A DNA stretch of 64,000 nt from positions 186,001-250,000 of the forward strand of contig CM022677.1 in NCBI GenBank assembly GCA_012295275.1. Direction: 5' to 3'. This document shows positions 29,348 to 42,590 of this stretch, piece after piece (position 1 is the first letter of the stretch; each line of letters opens with the position of its first letter). The stretch is from Chrysomallon squamiferum (Eukaryota > Animalia > Mollusca). The notes beneath the pieces are model-generated. The model was not told the DNA's origin. It searched no databases and saw only the letters and a list, made by a program, of their open reading frames with translations. The position numbers were made by a program, and so were the translations under genes.

Positions 29348-32300
29348 TTTCTTTTTCTAACAGCCAATACATATACCCACATCTGTCCGTGTGTTTCTCT
29401 GTCAATCCATAAATTCCACAGCTTTAACAATTTTTCTGTCGCCGTCTGCTTCTTTCTTTGAACAGTCCAAATTAGTTATTATTATTATTGTTCTATCTTT
29501 ATCTTTGTGCATCTCGATTATGTCATCAGTTTTACAGTCTACCATGTAAAACAAGTTTCCGAGGCGAAGACACTGTTAAATAAAAAATACAGGAAAAGGT
29601 GAAGAATTTGAAATGAATATAAAATATCATATTATTTTTCCTGATTCTACACTTTGCTTTATAAACTGTGCTGCTGGATAAGCTTAATGTTTCTTTTTTA
29701 ATTGTTTACTACTGATAATATCTTTTCATGGCTCTCTAAAACAAATTTTTATAAAACTATACATATATTTATTTATTTATTTATTTATAGTTTGTTGTTG
29801 TTGAGAAATACAGAGGGCCTTTCAAATAAACCATATTTTTAAATATGGTAACCAATATTATACCAGTTAATCTTTAATTTCTGTGTATAATATCATATTT
29901 AATTTGGTAGTTTTCTGAAAATAATTTGAGATTGCTCGACAGAATTTACGTTTTTATTTAGTACCAGATGTGCAGTGTATACGACTAAACTGAGCGGAAA
30001 TTACGTTCCATCTTAGTAAAAAAAAAACACTGCTTACATCGATATTTTATTACGTTCACGTTTGCTTTGCATCATAACCATTATATATAAATATATATAT
30101 ATAAACTGTCAGCTAACGGAATATCATCGGCTTTTCAAGAATAATCCTGATAACAGTCAATGTCGCTGTGAAAACTGCGCTTATGTTAACATCATTTATT
30201 ATCAACGTATCAACAAACATGAATGGATTCTTACAAAGTAAAAGCTCAGTTTTCAGCATCATAGTGTAATCTGTTCTGTTGTTAATCAAATATCACTTTA
30301 ATCTGGATCTGACTATTAATTTTATAGTGGCATTCAGCGATCGACTTGTAAATTCAGAAATAAATAATTTAATGACTACATATACAGGGGAAGCCATTCT
30401 ATTGTGACAATATTTTTCTCTTAAACTGAGTTACAGTTTCTTCTCTACAAAAAAAAAAAAAAAAATTAATGCTGAACACGTGAGAAGTTACACTTTACTT
30501 GAATCACAGAATTTGATTTTGCGAAGCAAACGACATTAAAATTAAAATTCACAGAGAGAAGCTAAGTTTTCTGTTTTGTAAAACGCGACGTAATTCACAT
30601 TTTATATATAAAACCAGCGACGTTTATATCATAAATTGATACTGAGTGAAAATAACGTGATGTTTCACTATGTTTTACCTCCGTTTTGCTTCATAAACAA
30701 TACTGATAATTTCACTTACAGTTACATTTTATTATACTAGGAGATGCCTACTGTATTAATATTATAATTTGTAAGTTATATGATAAAATAAAAACAAAAA
30801 AAGCCCTACAACATGCCTATCCATATGTCTTCTACAAAACTTTAAGAATATTTTGTAAAGAACAGAATAGTATAACTTTAAAACCTAGCTGCTGCCTTAA
30901 TGGAATCCCAGCAATTTATATTCGAGAATTAATGACATAAATATCATATTTAGTTTCTAGGAGCGTAGTTTTCTGAAGATAATTTGAGAACGCTGGACAG
31001 CATTTACATTTTAATTTACTACCAGCAGTTTAGAGGAATAAATTGAGACAATGAGCGAAAATTACCTTAATCTTATAGTAACTGTACTGCTGTTTTTTGT
31101 ACACGTCATTATGAAAACAAACTTATAATGTCAAGAATTTTTGTAGTTTACCTCGAAAATTAATATTAAATTGTATTAGATCACCTCTGAATACAATAAT
31201 AATAATAGATAAAATACAGAATGACTGAGTGAAAATACATTAATAAGTTTCCCTTTTCCCAGACTTCTTCGTTATTTCTTTTTATTACGTGCAAAACTGA
31301 ATATCTTGGTAATTATGTTCCTATTTTTTAGTAGAAACATTTCCTTACAGAAAATTAATTAATATACTTTTCTATTAACAATAGGAGGAGTCAGACAGCT
31401 ACCTGTCATCTGCAGAAAATTATTCTTATTATCAAGTTAACGCGTTTTTAACAAAATCTTCTGTGCTGTAACTGAAAATAAAATTTTATTTGTTCGACTA
31501 GTCAAGGTTATCAAAATTTAGTTTAAGAAACGGCGCAATGTTGTTTTCTGTTACATACCCACATATTATTGTGAAACACGGCGCTGTATAATGTCAAACA
31601 TTTTGTATTTAACCACTACTGAATACAGAAAAGAAAGGTGATATTGCTGGAAAAGGTTATTAAAATCAAATAACGCCGTATAAATAAAGTAAGTATTTCA
31701 TTTTTATTTATGAAAAAAAAAAAAAAAAAAAATCATGTTTAGTAGGAGCGCAGTTAATATGACAGAATGTAGAATCAGTGTAAATCAAGAATTATAGAAC
31801 AGGTTAAGTGATAAACATTTCTTAAAACTTTAATAACAATTAAGGAATTGTGCGAGTATATGTATGTTATTATTATTATTATTATTATTTTGTTTTTTCA
31901 CAATTTATTGATTATATATTACAGAAAAATACGAGTATCACTGGATAATGTATTAAGATTGCAGATGGAGAGAAGGCTTCTAGAGTCACAACGGTTATAC
32001 TGACAAATTGAGAATTAAATATACTAAATTTCTACAGATATCTGAAGAAAGACTGCGCGTCGGAATTTACGTTGTATTCACTGTCAGTATTTTTATTATT
32101 AACATGGCATGTGTATATGATTAAACTGAGGTTTATCTGTAATAATGTGTTATATGATTATTATTATTATTATTTAAAAATTTGAATGAGTACTGAGGTG
32201 TGTTTGTTGTTTGTTTTCCGATTTTTTTGATTTTAAAAACAAAACAAAATAAAATAAAATAAATAAAATAAAGAAGATGTCCTTAATCCGGATGAGCTAG

Positions 32301-32784
32301 CTATATTTTCTAAATATAGAAATATATTTTATAGTACAGCAAACATATTATAATGTTAATATTCCACATAAAATAGTGCTGACCGAAATAAATTACATCA
32401 CGCAGTACAAATAAAGAAAATGTCAGGTATTTTTATTGTTGTTTATTTCTTTTTTAAATCAATCTTAGTTTAACTGTTTAATTGCTAGTATTAGAAAATA
32501 ATGCACACATTTGTTTTTCTTTCTTTTCTAATTTTGGTTTTTAATTTTTTTTTTTTCTTGCTGAGCACGGTTTATAAAAAATATAATGAAACTTTTTTAA
32601 AAGCTTACGGCACAAAAGAAAAAAAAATATTTTATTATAAATGATATTAACAGGATGAAATACCTTTTCTTAAGACTGATAAAAAGATATATAATATATA
32701 TATATATATACTGTCTTGATGTGTAAGAGCCGTATGTAGTTTTAATAACGTCAAGACTATTAAATTTTGAGTATTTTTAATTGT

Positions 32785-32819
<35 letters not shown>

Positions 32820-33831
32820 CATAATCATAAACATTATTACAGCTGAAACTCAATTTATTCATTTACACAACAGTACTCACATTAATATATTTTATTCTCA
32901 ACTTGTTAATGTAACCGTTCTGACTCTAGAAGGCTGTAATTATAAATAATAAACTGTGATAGATAATAAAATGTATATCACCTTTCTCTGTCATGTAGAC
33001 TTTTCTTTTTACAATATTTGTTCAATAAAGAACACAGCACCACTTGATATTACGCTGCACATCTAATTATCACTCTAATATGTTGTGTAAACCACATTAA
33101 TATAAAGCGATCAAGCATTTCACTTTAAAAAGGTTTATGTTGATTCATACCATCAGCCTGTAATTAATCTTCACTTTTTGTCTAAAAGCCTAATTTTCTA
33201 TTAAATTGAATGTCACAACAGTAACTGAGTTAAAAATCACTCGATAATAAATTTGTCACCTAAACAGTGGTGGTGATTTTATCAGAAGCGTTTTTACAGG
33301 AAAATGTGATAATTAATTACAGGTTTACGATTGTAACAATTGAATACAGCAAATGGATCTTTCTGTTTGTCTGGTGTATTACGTGACGCTGCACGTAACA
33401 AGAAAATATCTGATAATTTGTTTTTATCAAACTCAATTTAAATCATTTTTCAAAGAAATATTTATTTGGGATCATCGTTATTTTCCGGCTGTAAAAACTG
33501 TCGCATATTATGAAATCAAAAATATTATTATGATGCTTGCTGAAGGACGAAGTTAGTGTCATTTTTACATCATCTCAGAATTTTGTTTATACATGGTAGA
33601 ATTTTTTGATAGTGTAAAACTAATGACGTAAGGTAATTCTAATGCCAATACCCCCAAACCTTAATTGCTACGTAAATGCTTCTGATGATGATGATCCTAA
33701 AATTGTACATGTCTGCTTCTATCACCTAACACAGGCCACATGGAGGAAGATCCAGACTCTTGGTCTTGTGCAGCGACATAGAGAAGAGGAGGACGTGAAA
33801 CTCTTCTGTGGCGTGCTAGATGGACTCACCA

Positions 33832-34310
33832 TCTTACTAGTGGATGACGTCACTGTGGGTCTGACATATCTACACCAGCACATACCAGAAACACTCGCGT
33901 TCTTACTAGTGGATGATGTTCCTGACAGTCTGACATATCTACAGCAGCACATACCAGAAACACTCGCGTTCTTACTAGTGGATGATGTTCCTGACAGTCT
34001 GACATATCTACAGCAGCACATACCAGAAACACTCGCGTTCTTACTAGTGGATGATGTTCCTGACAGTCTGACATATCTACAGCAGCACATACCAGAAACA
34101 CTCGCGTTCTTACTAGTGGATGATGTTCCTGACAGCTGACATTTCTACAGCAGCACATACCAGAAACACTCGCGTTCTTACTAGTGGATGATGTTCCTGA
34201 CAGTCTGACATATCTACAGCAGCACATACCAGAAACACTCGCGTTCTTACTAGTGGATGATGTTCCTGACAGTCTGACATATCCACAGGAGCACATACCA
34301 GAAACACTCG
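33832..34310 (+). repeat. 69-bp minisatellite, 7 copies, 23-aa unit LLVDDVPDSLTYLQQHIPETLAF
   Basis: Units start at 33832, 33901, 33970, 34039, 34108, 34176 and 34245; unit 5 has a 1-bp deletion. Confidence 0.97.
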
Positions 34311-34637
34311 AACCTGTCCTTGACTTCCTTGACTACCTTGACATCACCTATGTGACCCTTACGTCGTATTCAGCCTCCAGAACTTCCAGATGGATCCATC
34401 CCTCCACTTAGGATGCGTCGTATGCTCCAATGAGTCAACCACCGATATGGAATGTCACTTCCATTACTCCTGAAGGGGAATCAAGAACCAACAACACATG
34501 CGAGGGATGGAACAGCGCCTTTGCAAAGCTAGTTGGACATGCACACCCTACCATCTGGAGAGACATTGATAGCATACGGAAAGATCAGGTCCAGGTTACT
34601 GCTGCCTTACTACGAGACCTGCGTGGTGAGCCACAAG

Positions 34638-34931
34638 CAAAGCGTGTGAGACGCCACACCCACAAACCTCAGTCAAAGCGTGTGAGACGCCACACCTACA
34701 AACCTCAGTCAAAGCGTGTGAGACGCCACACCCACAAACCTCAGTCAAAGCGTGTGAGACGCCACACCCACAAACCTCAGTCAAAGCGTGAGAGACGCCA
34801 CACCCACAAACCTCAGTCAAAGCGTGTGAGACGCCACACCCACAAACCTCAGTTAAAGCGTGTGAGACGCCACACCCACCAACCTCAGTCAAAGCGTGTG
34901 AGACACCACACCCACAAACCTCAGTCAAAGC
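34638..34931 (+). repeat. 36-bp minisatellite, 8 copies, 12-aa unit KRVRRHTHKPQS
   Basis: CAAAGCGTGTGAGACGCCACACCCACAAACCTCAGT repeated head to tail with no spacers. Confidence 0.97.
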
Positions 34932-35078
34932 TGCACAAAGTGACAGGCGTGACAACAGCGAGACTGTCTCAGATATTTTTAAAGGGTATTGACCTTTGTG
35001 TAAGATTTAAAATAGAATAAAAAATAATAATTATGTTCTAAGTGTTGTATCGTATATGTCACTACTACTGTGTGGAGT

Positions 35079-35297
35079 GGGGATTTGTCCAAGTGGGGAA
35101 TTGTCTGTGTGGGGAATTGTTTGTGTGGGGAATTGTCTGTGTGGGGAATTGTCTGTGTGGGGAAGTGTCTGTGTGGGGAAGTGTCTGTGTGGGGAAGTGT
35201 CTGTGTGGGGAATTGTCTGTGTGGGGAAGTGTCTGTGTGGGGAAGTGTCTGTGTGGGGAAGTGTCTGTGTGGGGAATTGTCTGTGTGGGGAAGTGTC
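35079..35297 (+). repeat. 16-bp G-rich minisatellite GGGGAA(T/G)TGTCTGTGT, about 13-14 copies
   Basis: GGGG runs recur every 16 bp from 35095 to 35287, plus one degenerate unit at 35079. Confidence 0.95.
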
Positions 35298-35329
35298 CGT
35301 TTACCTTGAACTTCATACTCAATAATATA

Positions 35330-35651
35330 GTCGCGCAGTAGCATTGATTACACGGGCATCGGGAGGAGCAGCAAATTTCAGAGGAATCTGATTGCGACCC
35401 GTCGAAGGGTGCACTTTGTAAATATGACAGTCGCAGCTTCGGATTACATCCATTTTGTTTAGGGACAAGACACGTGAACTGCTGAACAGTGGCATGACAA
35501 CCAGTCTACATAAACGAGTGGCGAACACTGCTGCCGTGGCCGACGAATATTGTGCGAATTCGTATTAAGCCGTCTGTGATGGCGGGCCCACCATCTGTTA
35601 CAGTGTGTAGCGAGTCAGACGCAGTGAATGAAGGAAGAAATAACTAAAGAC
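35330..35651 (+). pseudogene. CpG-rich degenerate Cys-rich exon, possibly CCN-like (IGFBP/VWC)
   Basis: EESDCDPSKGALCKYDSRSFGLHPFCLGTRHVNC*..VY..(S)GE.., then ADEYCANSY*AVCDGGPTIC across frames. Ends at a GACG|GTAAGT donor. Confidence 0.3.
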
Positions 35652-36392
35652 GGTAAGTTGAGCTGATTGCACTTCCACGGTATTTGCTTGCGATGTATAT
35701 ATGATTGGGCGTGTGTGTGTGTGTTGTGCGTATCAATGTACGCATGTATGTAGCGCAACGATGTTACTACAGTTACTATTACAATACCACTACTACTGCT
35801 AGTAATAATTGCTGACATCATGGAAAAAAGCAACAACGGGAACAGTAACATTAACAGTAAAAAATATAACAACGATATAAAACAGTAACCATCACAGAAG
35901 CAACATTATGATTAACAGTAACGACAATAACAACGACGGAAGCAGTGAAATTAACAAGATGGTAAAAATATCAGTTACTTAAATGAGAACTACAACAACA
36001 TTAATAAAACTCCGATGATACGACACCAGCGTTGATAATCACAGTTAGACTTTTATGAAGAAAACACTAACAACAACGATATCACAACAACGTCAGTACA
36101 GGAATAAATTTAAAACAATAGCTAGAACTACAACATAATATCAAAATAAAGTCAGCGACGGCGACATCAATACAAATGATGATTACAGTAATGATAAAAA
36201 TAATAATTATGATGATGATGATAATGTCAATATGGAAAGTCAAAACATTAAAGGAAAAGACCACAACGACGGCAGTAATGATATTAATTATAATAATATT
36301 AACAATGTATGAATAACAGTTTCCATAAAAATCGAAAAATTACAATGAGACAACAATAACTAGAAGATAACAACGACAGCGAAATCAAACTA

Positions 36393-36423
<31 letters not shown>

Positions 36424-37126
36424 TTAATAATATTGCCTTTGTGTGTATCAGTTTATGTCTGTGTGTCATTGTGTGCGAGCGAGTTACTGTTAAAACAAAA
36501 CAAACTCGTTGCAAAATATAATTACTCGTATTTGTTTGTATTAGTTGGTTCCTTACTTATCTCCCTTTCTTAAACTTACACCATGTTTATTCTATTCACC
36601 TTTATTTGAAATCTGTGCGAATGTCAAAGCATGAGTGGGTGTGTAACTGAGCTTATGTGTGACTTATATATGACAAACATCTGTTAGTGTGGGTGTTTAT
36701 AGATATGTGTTTTTGTGTGTATGTTTTTTGTGTGTGTGTGCTTTTGTATATATGTATCTGTGAGTACGTATGTATATGTGTATGTATGTGTGTATGTATA
36801 TGAATGTGTTGGAGTATTTATGTGTATGAATATAAAATATGTGGATATGTGCGTGTGTATGTACGAATATATGTGTTTGAGACAGTGTATATGTGTATAT
36901 GTTTTGTAACATAAATTTTAGTTCGTTTATTTTTGTATTTAATTTGTGTTTTTATGTATGTATATGTGTGAAAGATAATGTATATGTGTATATAAATGAA
37001 TGTATGTGTGTGAAGGATTGAATACATGTTTATACGTAAGGATATGTGTGTGAAAGACTGTGTACAAGGTTACATGTATGTGTGTGAGACATTATGGTCA
37101 TGCGTTCTAAAGTGAAACAGGAGGGG

Positions 37127-37370
<244 letters not shown>

Positions 37371-37452
37371 TAGAGAGAGAAGACGGATATAAAACATCTG
37401 TGAGTGAAAATTTGTTTCCTGGGCGCTTTTGTCCGCTTGTGTATTTACTATT

Positions 37453-37487
<35 letters not shown>

Positions 37488-37622
37488 TATTATCATTTCA
37501 TAAACTTTGTTATTGTAAAAGAAAATAATGTTTTTTGGTTGTTTATTTTTTATCGGTAACAACAACAAAAAGTTCACGAAGAATTGAGACGAAAAAATGG
37601 CAAACAAAAATTTCATGTTCTG

Positions 37623-38182
37623 TGGCCATGTTCCCGCAGCCATCTTTTTGTACAACGATATCGTTAATATGTTCACAGGATGTTCGTGATCTCGAGGGTG
37701 TCTTGATGAATATTATTAACAAACAGTTGTTAATGTCGTCGTTTATTAAAAGTAAGTCGTAACCAAGCGTGATACGCACCGCGCATTCTGCGTACTACAT
37801 AAAAGTCACAGGCTAATTATCACTAACATCATCCGCTAATGATTATAGTTCCTGTCTGTGACATTTTGGTGCGTGTTTTGAACAGTCTTCTTGGTTTCTC
37901 AACCATGTTTAATCTGTAAGTGGCTATTAGTTCACCAGACAGGTCGAAATTTATGAACTGATTCCCTGTTGATATCGGTAAAAATAGTACAACTTTTGAC
38001 CAAAGGATAAATTTAATGATCAAAATCAAGCTCTGCACTAAAAGAACATCGCATGAGTAGTAAACAAAATAACCACACAGTGATTCTCTTTATTACGACA
38101 GACTTCAAACGACTTCGTAACGACAAGTAAACGACTTTTGTTTAACTAAGTCGTCATGTTGACATCTTCAGGAACATGGCCA
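37623..38182 (-). mobile_element. Non-autonomous PIF/Harbinger-like element of about 560 bp with 12-bp terminal inverted repeats
   Basis: TGGCCATGTTCC at 37623 and GGAACATGGCCA ending at 38182. Internal TAAGTCGT/ACGACTT motifs. Minus-strand peptides ISTGNQF, GELIATYRLN and MVEKPRRLFKTR resemble Harbinger transposase N-terminal pieces. Confidence 0.5.
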
Positions 38183-38202
38183 TGAATTAGAATATATAAC
38201 CG

Positions 38203-38269
<67 letters not shown>

Positions 38270-38287
38270 AAATAATAATAATCATAT

Positions 38288-38330
<43 letters not shown>

Positions 38331-38391
38331 ACCTTTCTAGGTTAAGCAATGCATGGTTGTATCTAAAATAGGAATTAAAAAAAACTTCACC

Positions 38392-38458
<67 letters not shown>

Positions 38459-38800
38459 ACAACATACATTATTTTAACGAAAAAGTAAAACTTACAATGT
38501 ACAGATTATGTTCCTGTTTTCAGTCTCTCTCTCTCTCTCTCTCTCTCTCCACATTAAAATGAAGGAATTGTTTTCTTTTTAAAAAACCCACTAAAAGTAT
38601 GAATGAAAGGATTAGTTCAGAGGATAGTATCGTAAATATAAATTTTCCATCAGTTAATGATAATGGAATGTATGAATGAGTTAATGGAAGGGAGATAACC
38701 CCTGTACAGCTTATTATGAAGTGCACAAGAGTTATCTGTTGTGGACTTATATATTCAATGAATTAATTTTCTATTTACAAGTGAGCTGGACTTGGTAGTC

Positions 38801-38903
38801 TTCACAGCTGGTATAATAATGACCAGGTTACGTACTCTCCTGTCTGTGGGATGGTTCATATCAATGATTCTTTGCTGCTAACTGGAAAGAGTAGCCCGTG
38901 AAG
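38801..38903 (+). mobile_element. SINE fragment (MetaSINE-like central domain)
   Basis: CCTGTCTGTGGGGATGGTTCATATCAATGATTCTTTGCTGCTAACTGGAAAGAGTAGCCCGTGAAG matches the remembered core CCTGTCTGTGGGATGGTGCATATAAAAGATCCCTTGCTGCTAATCGGAAAGAGTAGCCCATG. Confidence 0.65.
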
Positions 38904-39342
38904 CAAAATGTTTATATTGGTTCAAGTCAAGTTTCAGGTGAAAACAATTATTTCTTCTAATATTGTCTTTATGTGACAAAAATTCTTAAAACATTTGAGA
39001 AAAATATTGTTTCTTTGAAACAAAACACAAAAAAACTGAAATTAAAACAACGAATTTTATAAATAAAGATAAAATGTCAGCTAAATCTAGTATTTATATA
39101 AAATCTAAGTTGACTGTGTACAAAGATAAACTGTCCGCTAAATGTAGTATTTATGTAAAAATTAAGAAGATTGTGTACAAAGATAACACAGAAAGTTAGA
39201 AATTTACTTGACATGACTTTTTCTTTGTTTGTTGAGATTTTAAAAATATATAAAACTTTGTTTTAACTGTGGTAAAATGGTTACTGAAATGAAGCGTAAG
39301 TCTGTCGGTGTTTTTGTTTTTTTGTTTGTATCTGAGTGTGTG

Positions 39343-39425
<83 letters not shown>

Positions 39426-39508
39426 TTTTTTTTATTTACATATAATTATAATGACGGATATTAAACAAACGTTGCTAACACCCTAATTTTATTTATTGAT
39501 GTATTCTT

Positions 39509-39539
<31 letters not shown>

Positions 39540-41162
39540 GTAGTAGTAGTAGTAGTAGGAGTAGTAGTAGTAGTTATGGTTTTCTTTATAATGTTCACTT
39601 TATTGTTTAAATATTAAGACCACTTACTAAAATTTTACTTTAAAGTATGTTATAATTATTTTATTTTATTGTTCACTTAGGAAATAATCTTTAATTTTTA
39701 AACAGAGTAATTCGACGCTCGATACATGGATCGATAGATCACAACATTACATCATTTCCAGTGCAAATGGGGAAGACCCTGTACAAAAATAACTGTCCAA
39801 TCAAAATATTAGATTTGATCGGTGACATTCGGGCTTTTCAAATACCTATAAATAACATTAACATAATAATATGTTATTCTGCTAACCATCAACTATTTAC
39901 TAAACCACTAATACTGAAGCGTATTAATTCAAAACTCTCCTTTTCTTAGCAATCCCACAACTAATAATACTAAATCAAACAGCACCTCTATACATTCTTG
40001 CCTGCGTCTATTTTTAGATGACGCTGCAATCGGTAGCTCCGCCCACTTGGCTGAATTTTTATAACAACTCGCCACTTGTAGACAACATCTGATAGATAAA
40101 CAGCTCAAGTTTAAATGTTAATCACTGAAGCTTCATAACAGAATAGTTACAAACAAAACATTGTTATTACAGCAAATGCACAAGTGATTAAAACCCGAGA
40201 AAACACCGATATGCATTTCACAAACATGTTGTCTCATTCTTTAGGTGTCACCTGATGTTTTCTTCTAACAGTCTTGTGTGTAAGAGTTGTCTTCAGTTGG
40301 AAAGCTTGAGATGAATGATTTAATTAGAGCCTTTTCTTCATCTGATCAGTTATGTTTTGTTTTTATTTTGAAATATTTTTACATTACAAAATATGTTATC
40401 AAAATAAAAACTGAGTGAAGCTGTGTTCATCATAATTAGTAAGTACTGTATAATAGTTATTACTAAGATATATGATTTATTTATTTTGATAGTGTCTCAG
40501 TTTTATTAACATGAATTTCTGTTCTGGACTCAATCTTTTAAAGACTGATCATAGGTTCTTTAATGTTTAAGTCATTCTTCTAATTATTGGCTTTTTGATG
40601 TTTAAATATTTATTTTTCATTCTTTCAATATTTTGCTAAAATATTTAAAATCATTTTTGATAATTTCAAATTTTATTTTTTCAATTTCTTGTTGTTCTTA
40701 TTATTTTAAAAGTTTAACTACACTTTCTTGTTATTATTTTATTCTTACTTATACTGTAAACAGAAAGTACTACTATTATATCATGATTAATATTATTATG
40801 CAAGTGCCTGTTCTCATTATTATTATAATTATTAGTAGTAGTAATAGTAGTAGTAGTAGTAGTATTAAAATCTGTAAAATCACTTTGTGGAAAGACTTTG
40901 TAGATGACAGACAAAGTTTGTTTTCACAGCAAGTCACTAAATACATTTTTATTATTTGTTCAAGTTCTGAAATGCAGATAACTGTTTCTTTTCTTTAACA
41001 AATGCTTGTTTAAAACTTAATATTGACTTAAATTTCTTTTTAAAGTTTTATTCTGGAGCACAAAGAAAACAGATTTGTAATAAAAATGAATAGTAATCAC
41101 TAATCACAGATGTTAAAAAGTATTAAACTTTGTGTTTCTCATTTGATTTAATGATGAGAGTC

Positions 41163-41362
41163 NNNNNNNNNNNNNNNNNNNNNNNNNNNNNNNNNNNNNN
41201 NNNNNNNNNNNNNNNNNNNNNNNNNNNNNNNNNNNNNNNNNNNNNNNNNNNNNNNNNNNNNNNNNNNNNNNNNNNNNNNNNNNNNNNNNNNNNNNNNNNN
41301 NNNNNNNNNNNNNNNNNNNNNNNNNNNNNNNNNNNNNNNNNNNNNNNNNNNNNNNNNNNNNN
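41163..41362. other. Assembly gap (200 N)
   Basis: Run of exactly 200 N, typical of a scaffolding join of unknown size. Confidence 0.99.
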
Positions 41363-41475
41363 CATTTAATTATTCGATATTTAAAATTCAGTCAATATAA
41401 AGACACATTTACTTACCTTGCATACAACTGCACGAGTTGTGAAGAAAAAGAATAAAAATTTAACTATAATAATTT

Positions 41476-42070
41476 ATGAAGGACAAGGAACATAAGCTGA
41501 ACAAGACTTGGTAATTCTGTTATTACTGGTGATTTGGTTCCACATCTGCCCACTGCCTCCACGTGTCAGTGAACAAAGGCCAATCTGTTTATAATCAGTC
41601 CATGATGCCCATATTTAACACGACATGATTGAGGCTCTGTTTGTATCTGTGGAGATTTATCAGCCTTTCTTATTCTCAAGAATATGCTTTTGTTTTATTT
41701 TTTTCTAATTCAGACTGAGGACCACAACCTCCAGTACCTCATTGTTACATACTCTTCTTCTAGTCAGATTCCTTGAACCATTGGAACCACATGTTACTGA
41801 ACATGGAGTTATAGATGTGAAGTCAGACCAACTTGACCAATGTGGCATGGTTTTGATGGACAAGCACAACAGTTCTGTCTACATCAGGGGACTTTGCACA
41901 CAACCAGTTTTAGATGGGATGTCATTCTGACACGTTGTTGTTGTTGCCTGAGTTCTGTTTATGCTATTACCACACGAGATTTATCATTCGATGTAAGAAT
42001 ATCCTGACAATGCTCCCCTGTTTGCTATTGATGTGTCTGGTTTCAGTTCTGGTGAAAGTGAACAACAACC
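41476..42070 (-). pseudogene. Degenerate thrombospondin type-1 (TSP1) repeat coding segment, 2-3 repeats
   Basis: PHWSSWSDFTSITPCSVTCGSNGSRNLTRRRVCNNE (about 41845-41738) is a classic WSxWS..CSVTCG..R.R.C TSR. A second reads IWASWTDYKQIGLCSLTRGGSGQ, and a third, more degraded one lies upstream (SCGNSINRTQATTTTCQN). Frameshifts and stops between them. Confidence 0.8.
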
Positions 42071-42099
42071 TGTTCGTTTAGCTGTGACGTTAGTGCATA

Positions 42100-42550
42100 C
42101 TCTCGATACCGTTGTCATTGTTACAAATGTTGATGCTGCGTGTTGTTTCGCTTTTTATAAACTATTTTTATTAATTGCTGTCCTTAATTTCTTAGTGTGT
42201 AGATCCTATTTAAAAATATATTGTTGCTATTTGTATTCATGTCGACGTCGTACCTGCGTTGTGTAGTTTAATTATTGTGCTTTTCATTAACTATTATTAT
42301 CATTTTTTTATGTGCGCTTCCTGTATTACAATATATTATTATTACCAGTACTATTACTTTTTTTTCTGTTAATGACGGTATCATTGCCGTCGTGGCTGCA
42401 TTGTTCTTAACGTTTTTGGTTTACTTCTCTTTATCCTGTTGCGCATGTTAATAACGTTGTTAAACTATATTAAAATACATTATTATTGTTACTATTAACG
42501 TCACCGCAGCTGTTGTTCTTCGCTCTGTATTATTATTATTTATTCTTCGC

Positions 42551-42590
<40 letters not shown>

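Larger units (their letters stand above)
26132..31021 (+). repeat. Left arm of a large inverted duplication (partner 56914-64000); may extend further left
   Basis: The reverse complement of the window end (TGGAAAAACAGATTATAAATAGTTTTTGAATAAAT) matches 26132 onward. Similarity continues to GAGAACGCTGGACAG..TTTAC..TTTAATTTACTA near 31021. ORF-track pairs 27244/62657 and 26763/63108 are near-identical. Confidence 0.95.
33690..35305 (+). mobile_element. Mutator/MULE transposase remnant (C-terminal half) with internal coding minisatellites and a subterminal repeat array
   Basis: VHVCFYHLTQATWRKIQTLGL (MULE CxxH..Q..W motif), FLDYLDITYV, PPIWNV..ESRTNNTCEGWNSAFAKLVGHAHPTIW (RTNN..EGWN motif). Frameshifted. 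Ends in a G-rich array and GTCCGTTTACC, a terminus-like string. Confidence 0.85.

Noticed and set aside
33832-34931. CRISPR-like look of the 36-bp and 69-bp arrays
   Set aside because: Units are head to tail with no unique spacers, there are no cas genes, the context is eukaryotic, and the arrays lie inside MULE transposase codons.
34979-35344. Overlapping Cys/Trp- or Pro/Thr-rich ORFs on both strands
   Set aside because: Artefacts of the stop-free 16-bp minisatellite.
41123-41369. ORFs with long X runs
   Set aside because: They span the 200-N assembly gap.
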